Of a stretch of 64,000 nucleotides of DNA, positions 1-8,076 are shown piece after piece. The stretch is from the IMG/VR virus record IMGVR_UViG_3300017613_002261. One strand, given 5' to 3'. Position 1 is the first letter of the stretch. Every line of letters starts with the position of its first letter. The notes under the pieces were generated by a model. The model saw only the letters and a program-made list of their open reading frames with translations, made no database searches and was not told the DNA's origin. The position numbers and the translations under genes were made by a program. The DNA comes from a virus.

Positions 1-116
1 ATTTTCTTTAAAGATTTATCCATTGATACTACATTTTCATATATTGCAGATATCAATAAGCCAAACACGATACTAATTAAAATACAAAATAACACTAAAA
101 TAACTGTATTACTCAT
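1..116 (-). CDS. small membrane protein, N-terminal part only (3' end lies beyond window start)
   Basis: ATG at 116-114 preceded by ttaaaggagaaaaa RBS. Reads MSNTVILVLFCILISIVFGLLISAIYENVV with one hydrophobic helix and stays open to position 1. Confidence 0.4.
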   Translation of the reverse strand, partial: MSNTVILVLFCILISIVFGLLISAIYENVVSMDKSLKK

Positions 117-303
117 TTTTTCTCCTTTAATTCGTTTATTTCGCTTTTCAATACTATAAGGTTTTCACACACTTTGCTTAAAGAAAATATCAGTCGAGTC
201 TTTTCATTCGTTCTGAAAATAACATCGTATAGTATAGCACCTAACATTCCAAAGATAATACTGAAAAAATATAAATAAGAATTAAAACGCCTGGATTATT
301 CAT
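113..303 (-). pseudogene. small single-TM protein interrupted by a frameshift near a homopolymer run
   Basis: ATG at 303 with AAGGAG RBS gives MNNPGVLILIYIFSVLSLEC then TAG (241-243). A second frame continues the hydrophobic helix (FSIIFGMLGAILYDVIF...KEKK) to TGA at 113-115. The span is 191 nt, not a multiple of 3. An A6 run sits at 264-269. Confidence 0.3.
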
Positions 304-583
304 TGTCTAACTCCTTTAAGTTTAAAATTATTGTTTTTAGTTTGTAGATAGCTAAGGGATAACAATTAACACAATCTCCATACATTATTATATTAGTCCT
401 CATATCAAACCGATATTCCCATCCAAAAAGATCAAATAAGACTAGTAAAAACATAGTAATTATATTATGTACTATTTTTCCTATTCTAGTTTTTCACTTA
501 TATAAAAACCAGTATTAGGGCAATAATGAAGATAGTTATCTGGAAAAGGTTCTGACATTTGCTTATAAAATAAATTAAAAAAA

Positions 584-943
584 CTATTCATTGCCTGAAG
601 CCTGTAATAATTCTGGATTCTTATAAATATTTCCTCTAACTTCTAAAAATAATATGTGATTAAATAAAAAATAGTGATGGTTATATTCTTCATTGTGTAT
701 TTCTATTGCTTTGCCTGCCTCATTAGTCATTGTGTATAAAACATTGTTTGATTTTAGTATATCACCGTCATAGATATCTTTTCCGTTTTTATCCTTTAAT
801 CTAGCATCTTTCATTAATATAGGCTTATTTCCATATTCTTTTAATAATTCATACTTCTTAAAAAATGATGATAATTTTTGCCCATCACTATAGGACATAA
901 CTTCATTGTATGGATCATAATATCTATACTTTGGTTCATCCAT
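584..943 (-). CDS. YopX-family phage protein
   Basis: Motifs DKNGKDIYDGDIL and C-terminal EVRGNIYKNPELL are typical of YopX. Confidence 0.6.
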   Translation of the reverse strand: MDEPKYRYYDPYNEVMSYSDGQKLSSFFKKYELLKEYGNKPILMKDARLKDKNGKDIYDGDILKSNNVLYTMTNEAGKAIEIHNEEYNHHYFLFNHILFLEVRGNIYKNPELLQASGNE

Positions 944-1409
944 TGTCTAACTCCTTATTTTCACTACCAGCAATTGGAACACCTTCGAGAGCGTCCTTAT
1001 AAACAGTCTTGAACTCTCTTTCAATTTTTCCTTGAGTGAAATTATCAGCTTCTATCACGTCGGTCAGCCCATTAAGAGTAACCATTTTAAGTATTTTCTT
1101 AATATTATGATCTAATCCGGCTGAACTGCCTTTATCCGCTGACTGAAGGACGTGAACCCACGCTGTGGCGGCTCTGGAGGCCTTCTCAGGTGACTTTTCT
1201 ATCAATTTAATAATCTTAGGCAAGGAAGGGAAATCGTCGCCGTATAGACGATAATGAGTGAATGCACGTTCTATATCTGGATAATTATATTTATACAAAA
1301 GATCCTCAAGCCAAGAAGTCATTAAGCCTTCAACTGATATTTGATTTCTACTAGCGAATAATCTCTTAATGTGGTTCGTTACTTTTTCTACTTTTTCTTT
1401 AGGTATCAT
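936..1409 (-). CDS. hypothetical protein
   Basis: 157-aa ORF in the co-directional array. Its start overlaps the stop of the upstream frame (TAATTATG). No motif recognised. Confidence 0.6.
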   Translation of the reverse strand: MIPKEKVEKVTNHIKRLFASRNQISVEGLMTSWLEDLLYKYNYPDIERAFTHYRLYGDDFPSLPKIIKLIEKSPEKASRAATAWVHVLQSADKGSSAGLDHNIKKILKMVTLNGLTDVIEADNFTQGKIEREFKTVYKDALEGVPIAGSENKELDNG

Positions 1410-1411
1410 AA

Positions 1412-1729
1412 TTAATCCTGAAATTTTGATAATATCATTTCTTGTTCACGATCCATTGATGACATATCACGTTTTTTATTGTTTCCAATAATTTCATCAT
1501 TCCAAGATTTATTATTAAGATATGTTTCAGGATTTTTCCTATACTGTTTATCAGGAGTAGAGTTCAAATAATTTGGCAATGTTTCAAATATTTTATCTAT
1601 ATCTTCTTTAGATAATTTAACGAACTTTTTATAACATTTTTCTTTAGATGCTTTTTTATCATACAGATCCCAAAAACGATTAAACGATTCTATGTCAGGC
1701 TGATCTATACTAACCTGATCTAATCTAAT
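1412..1729 (-). CDS. conserved phage protein (FNRFW..YDKK...NPETYLNNKSWNDE type), no canonical start codon
   Basis: 105-codon open frame with protein-like sequence (DQPDIESFNRFWDLYDKKASKEKCYKKFVKLSKEDIDKIFETLPNYLNSTPDKQYRKNPETYLNNKSWNDE). The first in-frame ATG/GTG/TTG comes too late, so the ORF track missed it. Confidence 0.45.
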   Translation of the reverse strand: MRLDQVSIDQPDIESFNRFWDLYDKKASKEKCYKKFVKLSKEDIDKIFETLPNYLNSTPDKQYRKNPETYLNNKSWNDEIIGNNKKRDMSSMDREQEMILSKFQD

Positions 1730-1790
1730 CTAATCTGATCTATACTAGACTGATCTAATCTAATCTGGGTTTCCATTTGGTTTCCATTTG
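1700..1790. repeat. iteron cluster: 4 x CTGATCTA-type units (15/20/15 nt spacing) plus 2 x 11-nt GTTTCCATTTG
   Basis: Read directly: ctgatctatactaac ctgatctaatctaatctaat ctgatctatactaga ctgatctaatctaat, then gtttccatttg gtttccatttg. Confidence 0.85.
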
Positions 1791-1868
1791 GTAAACCATC
1801 TTTTTTCCTAATTCTATATACGTTTTATTAGCGTCTAAGCCTAAATTTTTTAAATGTTCCTTATACAT
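1755..1868 (-). CDS. 37-aa ORF ending at a TAG inside the first iteron
   Basis: MYKEHLKNLGLDANKTYIELGKKMVYQMETKWKPRLD. It has an ATG but a weak RBS, and it is offset by +1 from the downstream open frame 1412-1729. Confidence 0.3.
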   Translation of the reverse strand: MYKEHLKNLGLDANKTYIELGKKMVYQMETKWKPRLD

Positions 1869-1935
1869 AGAGTCTTGTTTTCTGTCTGTTCTAATAGTAT
1901 TATTGACTAACCAATGTTTAATCCTCTATTAATTA

Positions 1936-2376
1936 TTAATACAAAGTAAATTGAAGTATGTTCCCGTTTAGAGTAAACATAATGAGGCCATTATTAAATC
2001 TATATAAAACTGAAGCAAGTAACATGGAACTGCTCAGACTTATATCCGCTTTATTTTTAAAAGAGACTATCTCCTCAAAGGAAGCATCTTTCTTAGAGAA
2101 AAACTCTTTAACATCGTCATAAGTACATTGTATCTTGATGTTAAATAATAGTTCGTTCATTCCTTTAAAGAAGCTATAATCCTCAGGGGAAAGCCCTTCA
2201 TATAAAAGCCTCTCTTCTTTTGTTAGATAAGGAAATTCTTCTTCTGTTAATGGATGACTGAAATTACAAGATTCTTTAGGGCATTTTAAAAAATGAAGAG
2301 TATTGTTTGTATCAGCGATAAATGCGGAACCATATTTTAGATACGTACCACAGTTATCACATGCTTTAAAACTCAT
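1936..2376 (-). CDS. hypothetical protein with N-terminal zinc-ribbon-like CxxC...CxxxxC
   Basis: 146-aa ORF with CDNC...CPKESC near the N-terminus. Confidence 0.55.
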   Translation of the reverse strand: MSFKACDNCGTYLKYGSAFIADTNNTLHFLKCPKESCNFSHPLTEEEFPYLTKEERLLYEGLSPEDYSFFKGMNELLFNIKIQCTYDDVKEFFSKKDASFEEIVSFKNKADISLSSSMLLASVLYRFNNGLIMFTLNGNILQFTLY

Positions 2377-2385
2377 AAATTACTC

Positions 2386-2568
2386 CTACCAAGTAAAACT
2401 TTTAAAAGATCCAGAACCTTTAGGCATATATCTTTTAATTTTTGTTGAATTACACTCAGGACAAGAGATAGAGTAATTTCCTACTCTCCATTGCTCATAT
2501 CTTGCTATTCCTAATCTAAACTTCTCAAACACGTGAGAACACTCACACCTGAAATAATACGAAATCAT
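2386..2568 (-). CDS. FmdB/CxxC_CxxC_SSSS-like zinc-ribbon protein
   Basis: YYFRCECSHVFEKF...SCPECNSTKIKR pattern. Confidence 0.5.
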   Translation of the reverse strand: MISYYFRCECSHVFEKFRLGIARYEQWRVGNYSISCPECNSTKIKRYMPKGSGSFKSFTW

Positions 2569-2577
2569 AAAATCACC

Positions 2578-2763
2578 TTAAAAACCGAAATAATCTTTCC
2601 AAAACGTTCGATAAGTAAATCTATCATAAAAGCTATACTGTTTCTTTCCACACTTAGTACAAATTCGAACTCCAGTAGACTTACCATGCTCTTCTTCGCC
2701 TTTCCTAACAAAAGGTATCCACCGATGCTCATGCTTTATTAATCTACCAATAAATTTAAACAC
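2578..2763 (-). CDS. small zinc-ribbon protein
   Basis: 61 aa with a CTKCGKK motif. Tightly packed with neighbours. Confidence 0.45.
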   Translation of the reverse strand: MFKFIGRLIKHEHRWIPFVRKGEEEHGKSTGVRICTKCGKKQYSFYDRFTYRTFWKDYFGF

Positions 2764-2796
2764 TATGTTTCCTTACTAAATATTAAAATAAAACAG

Positions 2797-3012
2797 TTAA
2801 CAATTAATTATCTCTTTACGAGAAAGTAAGTTAGTTGAATTATTCCGGACTTGTTTATCACTTGAGTCTCCTTTAGAGAAGTTAGGTGGAGTAGTATAAT
2901 AACAAACATGACAATAAAATCCCTCTGATAAATGCTGACCAAAGGAATAGCAATTACAGTTAGAGCAAAAGCCTATAATAGGAGATACTGCAGATGTTCC
3001 CGAGGAAGTCAT
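2797..3012 (-). CDS. small Cys-rich protein
   Basis: 71 aa with CSNCNC...CHVC. Overlaps the start of the next gene by 4 nt. Confidence 0.45.
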   Translation of the reverse strand: MTSSGTSAVSPIIGFCSNCNCYSFGQHLSEGFYCHVCYYTTPPNFSKGDSSDKQVRNNSTNLLSRKEIINC

Positions 3013-4007
3013 ACATCTATCTCCAATCCTTCTCGCGCCATTTCGATATTAAAAATGTTATCTCTTTCGAATTGACTTACGCCCAACATAATTGTGACAT
3101 CACTTTTAATTTGATCAAGCTTAGAATCTGAATGTGCTGGATTATAATGAGTGCATATAAGTTTATCTCTAATATTTGCTTGTATTGCATTCTCGATTGC
3201 CATGTCATAAGTACTGTGTCCAAATCCTTGAACAACCATTTTATATGATTCGTATTCTTCATGAGTATATTGAGTATCATGGATCATTACATCACAGTCT
3301 TTAGCAAAGTTTATTACTGCTTTATCTCCGCCTGTTTTTGATTCATTATCCCATATGCACGCTACTGACTTACCTTTGAATTTATCAAAATTAGTGTTGG
3401 ATCCACATAAATCAAGATGTGGATCCACATTACATTCTTTATTATCTAACTTACAGTTAGCACAATCTTTGTTGTGTAGAGCTGTAACTTTAAAATATAA
3501 AGCACCTTGCTGTGGATGGGAAGGTGCATAGGCTTGCATAACATCTATTTTCATACTACCTAATGGCGATGTGATTTTGTCTCCATCTTTTAATACGTTA
3601 TGTTTTCTTTCTGACTTTAAATCTTTATATTCAATAGGAAACGTTGGAGGAAGCATGCTTTTATCAAGTACTTTACCTACATGCATGTTTAATGCTTTCA
3701 TTCCATAAAGATTTAACTTTGCATTTGGAAAATAATTAGGAGCAAAAAATGGAAATGCTTGGGTATGGTCTGGATGAAGATGTGTAAATAACATCATGAT
3801 ATTAAGATCTTCTTTACCTGCAAAATGGTTACCAATAATATCTTTACCTAGTCGTATTGCACCTGTTCCACAATCAATAATTACTCTATCTATTTTGCCA
3901 TCTACTTCATTAGTAAAAGTAACACAAGTTGTATTGCCTCCGTACTCATTTGTATCTTTACCTGGTGTTGGGTAAGAGCCCCGAACTCCGTAAAACTTAA
4001 TTTTCAT
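3009..4007 (-). CDS. metallo-beta-lactamase-fold hydrolase/phosphodiesterase with Cys-rich insertion
   Basis: N-terminus KFYGVRGSYPTPG...GGNTTCV, DCGTG, and HxHxDH motif (FTHLHPDHTQ). Insertion CANCKLDNKECNVDPHLDLC. Confidence 0.75.
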   Translation of the reverse strand: MKIKFYGVRGSYPTPGKDTNEYGGNTTCVTFTNEVDGKIDRVIIDCGTGAIRLGKDIIGNHFAGKEDLNIMMLFTHLHPDHTQAFPFFAPNYFPNAKLNLYGMKALNMHVGKVLDKSMLPPTFPIEYKDLKSERKHNVLKDGDKITSPLGSMKIDVMQAYAPSHPQQGALYFKVTALHNKDCANCKLDNKECNVDPHLDLCGSNTNFDKFKGKSVACIWDNESKTGGDKAVINFAKDCDVMIHDTQYTHEEYESYKMVVQGFGHSTYDMAIENAIQANIRDKLICTHYNPAHSDSKLDQIKSDVTIMLGVSQFERDNIFNIEMAREGLEIDV

Positions 4008-4174
4008 AATTATTCTCCTTTATATTCTTCTGCGCAACATTGCCAGTGTACTGAAATTGCTAAGGCATTATATGCTTCGCCTGATGCTACTTTTCCTTAT
4101 CTTCTCTACTACGAAGGCCTAAAGGGATAAGAGTAATATCATCCCTCTTTTAAATGGCTCCTCACAAAATTGAG

Positions 4175-4204
4175 ATATATATATATATCTATCTATCTAT
4201 CTAT
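4175..4204. repeat. compound microsatellite (AT)7(CTAT)4
   Basis: Read directly: atatatatatatat ctatctatctatctat, in a 390-nt intergenic gap. Confidence 0.9.
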
Positions 4205-4398
4205 CCTTTCACTACTAAGGAGATGTTCTGAATGTAAAGGATCGAATTTTCTAAGCATAAAATTCCTGTATTTTTAAATAACATATAACTACTTCATAAG
4301 ATTTATGCCGTAAAATATTAATTGAATTATAAATTCGCTTTGCAAGTTTAAATGCAATATCTATAAAAGATATAATATACTCTATACCTATGAATCTC

Positions 4399-4806
4399 CT
4401 AATAATAAGTTAAAATAGATTTAGAAAAATGTCTCTTCTCTACATAAGAATATAAATAATATACATAATACTTATGCATACTTATATACACTAAAGAAGA
4501 AAGTAATACTAAGAAAAATATAAAATGTTTAACGGTCATTCCACCAAAGAACCTTTGAATTAACTTTCTTTCCGTTACGATAAGTCCATTTATGAGACTT
4601 AGATGAATAAGATGCAGTGGAAGGATGCCCGTATCTAAAATAATGTTTACCCATCTAGTGTTAGATGGAATTGCATAGAAAGTTGAATATTTTGATCTAA
4701 TGTCATGAGATCTTCCTGACTTACATTTACCACAAATACCTGAGATATCGGACCAGCTAGCTCCGTATTTTGTGCCACAATGAGAACAAACTGATGGAAA
4801 ACTCAT
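4399..4806 (-). CDS. zinc-ribbon plus transmembrane protein
   Basis: N-terminal CSHCGTK...CGKCKSG followed by hydrophobic segments. Confidence 0.5.
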   Translation of the reverse strand: MSFPSVCSHCGTKYGASWSDISGICGKCKSGRSHDIRSKYSTFYAIPSNTRWVNIILDTGILPLHLIHLSLINGLIVTERKLIQRFFGGMTVKHFIFFLVLLSSLVYISMHKYYVYYLYSYVEKRHFSKSILTYY

Positions 4807-5219
4807 TTACGTTCCCATTCTGTGTAACCCGCTTTCCATCGAGGAAGAACTTTAGAATTGTCTCCAACAAGAACTTCTTTGTTCCAGTCAATCTTCTTTG
4901 ATCGACCTTTATGGTCAACATGAACAAAGATGGCATCACACTCACAGACTCTCTTAGCTTCTTTAGTAACCCAAATGTGAATCTTAAGAGAAGAATTTCC
5001 TTTAGAAACTTCTTCAGAATGAAATTGCAAGATGTCTCCTACTTTAACTGGATACTTAAATGCAATATTTGAAATATTGGCGATTACATTAAGCCCCTTG
5101 ATAATAAGAGATGCATGGATTGCCGCTGCTTCATCTACCCATTCGAGTAGTTTTCCTCCAAAGAGGTTTCCATTGACTCCGATATCTCGAGTAAAACATA
5201 TATGTCTAGTTATTAACAT
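4803..5219 (-). CDS. acyl-CoA thioesterase (hotdog fold, YciA-like)
   Basis: GNLFGGKLLEWVDEAAAIHA motif, about 138 aa, GGGAG RBS. Confidence 0.7.
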   Translation of the reverse strand: MLITRHICFTRDIGVNGNLFGGKLLEWVDEAAAIHASLIIKGLNVIANISNIAFKYPVKVGDILQFHSEEVSKGNSSLKIHIWVTKEAKRVCECDAIFVHVDHKGRSKKIDWNKEVLVGDNSKVLPRWKAGYTEWERK

Positions 5220-5258
5220 AGACTCTCCCTAGAACTATAAATAAGATAACATTCTAAT

Positions 5259-5591
5259 CTATCTAAGAAAGGCGGATATGTTTCGATGAAAAATATCAAA
5301 ATCTACAAAGCCTGTACATCCAACATATTTACCGAACATGTCCAAAGATCTTAATTTATTCAAATCCATATTAAATTCAAAAGCAAAAGGATCCTTTACC
5401 CAATCAATAGGTTTATAAATCACGTGTTTCCCTGAATTATCCCGCTCAAAAAGAGGAGAATTATCAAAAAGCTCATAACACTTAACTAAATCTTCGTCAG
5501 ACATCTCACGAGGATATCTTGTATCCTCTTCAGAAACATGTGCGGGAGTATTACATGATTGATCTCGTTTTCCCGTTTCTTCCTCTAACAT
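5259..5591 (-). CDS. hypothetical protein
   Basis: 110-aa ORF, co-directional, no motif recognised. Confidence 0.5.
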   Translation of the reverse strand: MLEEETGKRDQSCNTPAHVSEEDTRYPREMSDEDLVKCYELFDNSPLFERDNSGKHVIYKPIDWVKDPFAFEFNMDLNKLRSLDMFGKYVGCTGFVDFDIFHRNISAFLR

Positions 5592-5736
5592 TTCTATAAA
5601 AAGGTTGTCTTCTCTCTCGTATTCAGTATTCGTTCATTATTAGACATTTATTACTCCTTAAAATTATTTTGATCTGGTTCTGGATAACTTCATATTAAAT
5701 TTCTGTAAAAATCTATCACTACAAAAAATAACATTC

Positions 5737-6336
5737 CTAAGCGATAAAGAGATTCACTGGATTATCTTTATGAATATCATGGTCGTAATCACGCTTAAAA
5801 TGATCTACTCTAAAAGGAGTTGTTATTAGATGGAAACCTGACTTTGTCGGAAGAGTTAATAATACTTTCTCCCCTACAGGTGCTAATGTAGATAAATAAG
5901 ATTTTAAATCTTCCATATCACTTGCGTCCGTACAATTATCAACATCAACAATCCACTTCTTAGAGGACTCGTTTGATTTCTTTCCACAAGAGGATGCATA
6001 AACTCGGCGGGCTGCTCTATAGTTGGAATCCTGAGAAACAAGCTTAGCTAGTTCAGACAAGCTTGATAATGCAGTCTTTCTAAAAGATCTTCTGTTTAGA
6101 TTTATTACCGCTCTTGCATTGAAAATCACGCATAACTTCTTTATTTCATTGTAATGTTCATTAAGATAATTAAGATTATTAATGAAGTATTCCTTAATTA
6201 CTCTGACACTGCAGGACTGCGTTAGATTATCTTTCTTTCTCTGCAGAATTTGTAAGAAATAAAAATCATCTTCCGAATCGAAAGATAGTAAAGGAGATAT
6301 TCGTTCTAAATTGTCTATCATAATACTCACATACAA
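5737..6336 (-). CDS. hypothetical protein with prim-pol/AEP-like motif order (tentative)
   Basis: WIVDVDNC (DxD), TKSGFHLI (sGxH) and IHKDNP occur in the order expected for AEP motifs I-III. Assignment is weak. Confidence 0.3.
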   Translation of the reverse strand: MYVSIMIDNLERISPLLSFDSEDDFYFLQILQRKKDNLTQSCSVRVIKEYFINNLNYLNEHYNEIKKLCVIFNARAVINLNRRSFRKTALSSLSELAKLVSQDSNYRAARRVYASSCGKKSNESSKKWIVDVDNCTDASDMEDLKSYLSTLAPVGEKVLLTLPTKSGFHLITTPFRVDHFKRDYDHDIHKDNPVNLFIA

Positions 6337-6345
6337 ATAAAGGCA

Positions 6346-6567
6346 TTAAGAATTAGCTTCACAGATAGTGTACCACTGCTTCTTAGAGTCAATAAGAGTC
6401 CTTGGAAGACTAATTTTAGACTCATTGACAAGGCTATTGTTTCCGTTTACTCTAATAGATTTAAACTTGATTAAACCAGACTTTCTATTACGTCGAGCCA
6501 TAACTATATACTCTGCATCAGAATATGTATAATAGCTTAGAGGCTCCCATTTGTTCCATTGTGACAT
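6346..6567 (-). CDS. hypothetical protein
   Basis: 73-aa ORF. Its AGGAG RBS is embedded in the end of def. Confidence 0.5.
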   Translation of the reverse strand: MSQWNKWEPLSYYTYSDAEYIVMARRNRKSGLIKFKSIRVNGNNSLVNESKISLPRTLIDSKKQWYTICEANS

Positions 6568-6568
6568 A

Positions 6569-7063
6569 TTAACTCCTTTGAGGCCCTTCGTCGGACTTGA
6601 ACATAAAAAAATATTTACTTAAATCTGATTCTGAAATATTTAAATCACGGTCTGATATTCCGTTTAAATGATCTATTTCGTGCTGAGCAATTACTGCAGG
6701 TAATCCTTCAAGCTTAACTAAGCTAGATGTCTTATCACGAGGATCCTCATACTGTAATTGAATTTCTTTATATCTAAGAATAATAAATGACTCTCCTGGA
6801 TATGATAAGCAGCCTTCGCGAACTAACTCTTTATCATGAAATCCTACATAAGCAGGATTAAAGAAAATATCTGTAGGTAGTTTAAGAGATTTGAATTTAC
6901 GTGCAACAAAGAAACGATGGTTTAATCCGACCTGATTAGCACTTAATGCATACGCAGCCTTGTTCTTAATAAATTTTAAAAGTTGAATAGATGATTTAAA
7001 AGCTTCCTTATTGTCTGTAATCTTAGGTATCTTTGTATATAATAAAGCATTCGTGAAATTAAT
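6569..7063 (-). CDS. def: peptide deformylase (start codon unresolved)
   Basis: My own translation of a gap in the ORF track shows all three Def motifs: SANQVGL (motif 1-like), EGCLSYPG (motif 2), QHEIDHLNG (motif 3). No in-frame ATG/GTG/TTG; the frame opens after TAA at 7073-7075. Confidence 0.75.
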   Translation of the reverse strand: MNFTNALLYTKIPKITDNKEAFKSSIQLLKFIKNKAAYALSANQVGLNHRFFVARKFKSLKLPTDIFFNPAYVGFHDKELVREGCLSYPGESFIILRYKEIQLQYEDPRDKTSSLVKLEGLPAVIAQHEIDHLNGISDRDLNISESDLSKYFFMFKSDEGPQRS

Positions 7064-7086
7064 TCCCCTAAATTATCCTTTATAAG

Positions 7087-7329
7087 TCATGTCTGATATT
7101 TAATATATCTACCATTACATCTTGGGCAACGTTGCGTACCTACCATATCAGATATCTTCCATTCAGTATAACAATCAAAACATTTAAGGCGATTAGAGGT
7201 ATTATCAACTTCTGAAGCATCTAGAGCCTCTTTAAACATCTTATAAGATTCTTTACTTCGGGCAACATTTATCTCGCATTTGTAAATAAATCTTTCTGCC
7301 GCTTCTATTAATAATCTTTTATTAGCCAT
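7087..7329 (-). CDS. small zinc-ribbon protein
   Basis: CFDC...CPRCNG pair. Overlaps the upstream gene by 8 nt. Confidence 0.5.
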   Translation of the reverse strand: MANKRLLIEAAERFIYKCEINVARSKESYKMFKEALDASEVDNTSNRLKCFDCYTEWKISDMVGTQRCPRCNGRYIKYQT

Positions 7330-7717
7330 TGAAACTCCCTTCTCTTTCCTGTCTCGCTGTTTCTTCTAGTAACAATGGTTCGGGGTCTTGCCAGGTATCT
7401 GGTTTCATTATCTTTCCGTCTTGTCTACGGATGACCTTGCCATCAACGACTTTCTGCATATTAGCTCGGTGAACAATTTCAAACAGTGGATCAAGGTTCA
7501 TACCATGTCGGGCTGCTGTGTCACATATATAATATATTGCATCGACTAAAGCATCAGTTTGTTCAGTTATATTACCTGCTTCGGCTAACTCTTGCATTTC
7601 ATCATTAACCATATTCTTAATAAAAGAAACCTTTTCTTCTGAAAGTAATATTGGTTTCTCCGGAACGTCTCCATCACAACATGCTTTAGTAAATTCCCTA
7701 ACTTTCTCTGAATACAT
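7322..7717 (-). CDS. all-alpha NTP pyrophosphohydrolase (MazG/HisE-like)
   Basis: EMQELAEA...TDALVDAIYY...RANMQKV...DGKIMKPDTWQDP pattern. Confidence 0.65.
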   Translation of the reverse strand: MYSEKVREFTKACCDGDVPEKPILLSEEKVSFIKNMVNDEMQELAEAGNITEQTDALVDAIYYICDTAARHGMNLDPLFEIVHRANMQKVVDGKVIRRQDGKIMKPDTWQDPEPLLLEETARQEREGSFNG

Positions 7718-8076
7718 AATTATTTCCTTTTACATTTTAAAATTCTGTACAATTTGTTCTTGACATAAGAGATTAGGCTGTAGAAGTGTGACATAAATGA
7801 GGAAATCAACCTAGGAGACGTAGGCTTCTCTGCTAGATCAGAAGAGGAAAGTCCATCTGAGAAGAAAACTATCGGAGGTGGAGGATAAACTGTCACACCG
7901 AACTTTGTTCTGTATTTGTACATATCTAATCTGAATGAATCATCCTCTTGCATAAAGAATCCTAAATAGATCAATACTATTCCGCCCCGAGAAACAATGC
8001 TTCTCTTCCGGATATTTTTCAAGGCAAGTAAAATTGTACTTAAAGCTTTTATTGGATCAATCGCATATACCGGCAT

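Noticed and set aside
7844-7856. Plus-strand GAGGAAAGTCCAT, identical to the RNase P RNA CR-I/P4 5' strand (Bacillus type) and preceded by a P3-like hairpin (7828-7843).
   Set aside because: I could not find the required partner (…GATGGCTTA / ACAGAA-type CR-V) or the CR-II/III/IV elements within a plausible distance on that strand. It also runs against the transcription direction. I treat it as a chance match unless a covariance-model scan says otherwise.
7720-8076. 118-aa minus-strand ORF at the edge of the ORF-free block.
   Set aside because: It has unusual composition (PPPP, SSS runs), and its ATG directly abuts a weak purine stretch. It lies in the same G+C-enriched, structure-rich sequence as 8077-10001. 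It is probably not a gene, but this is not excluded.
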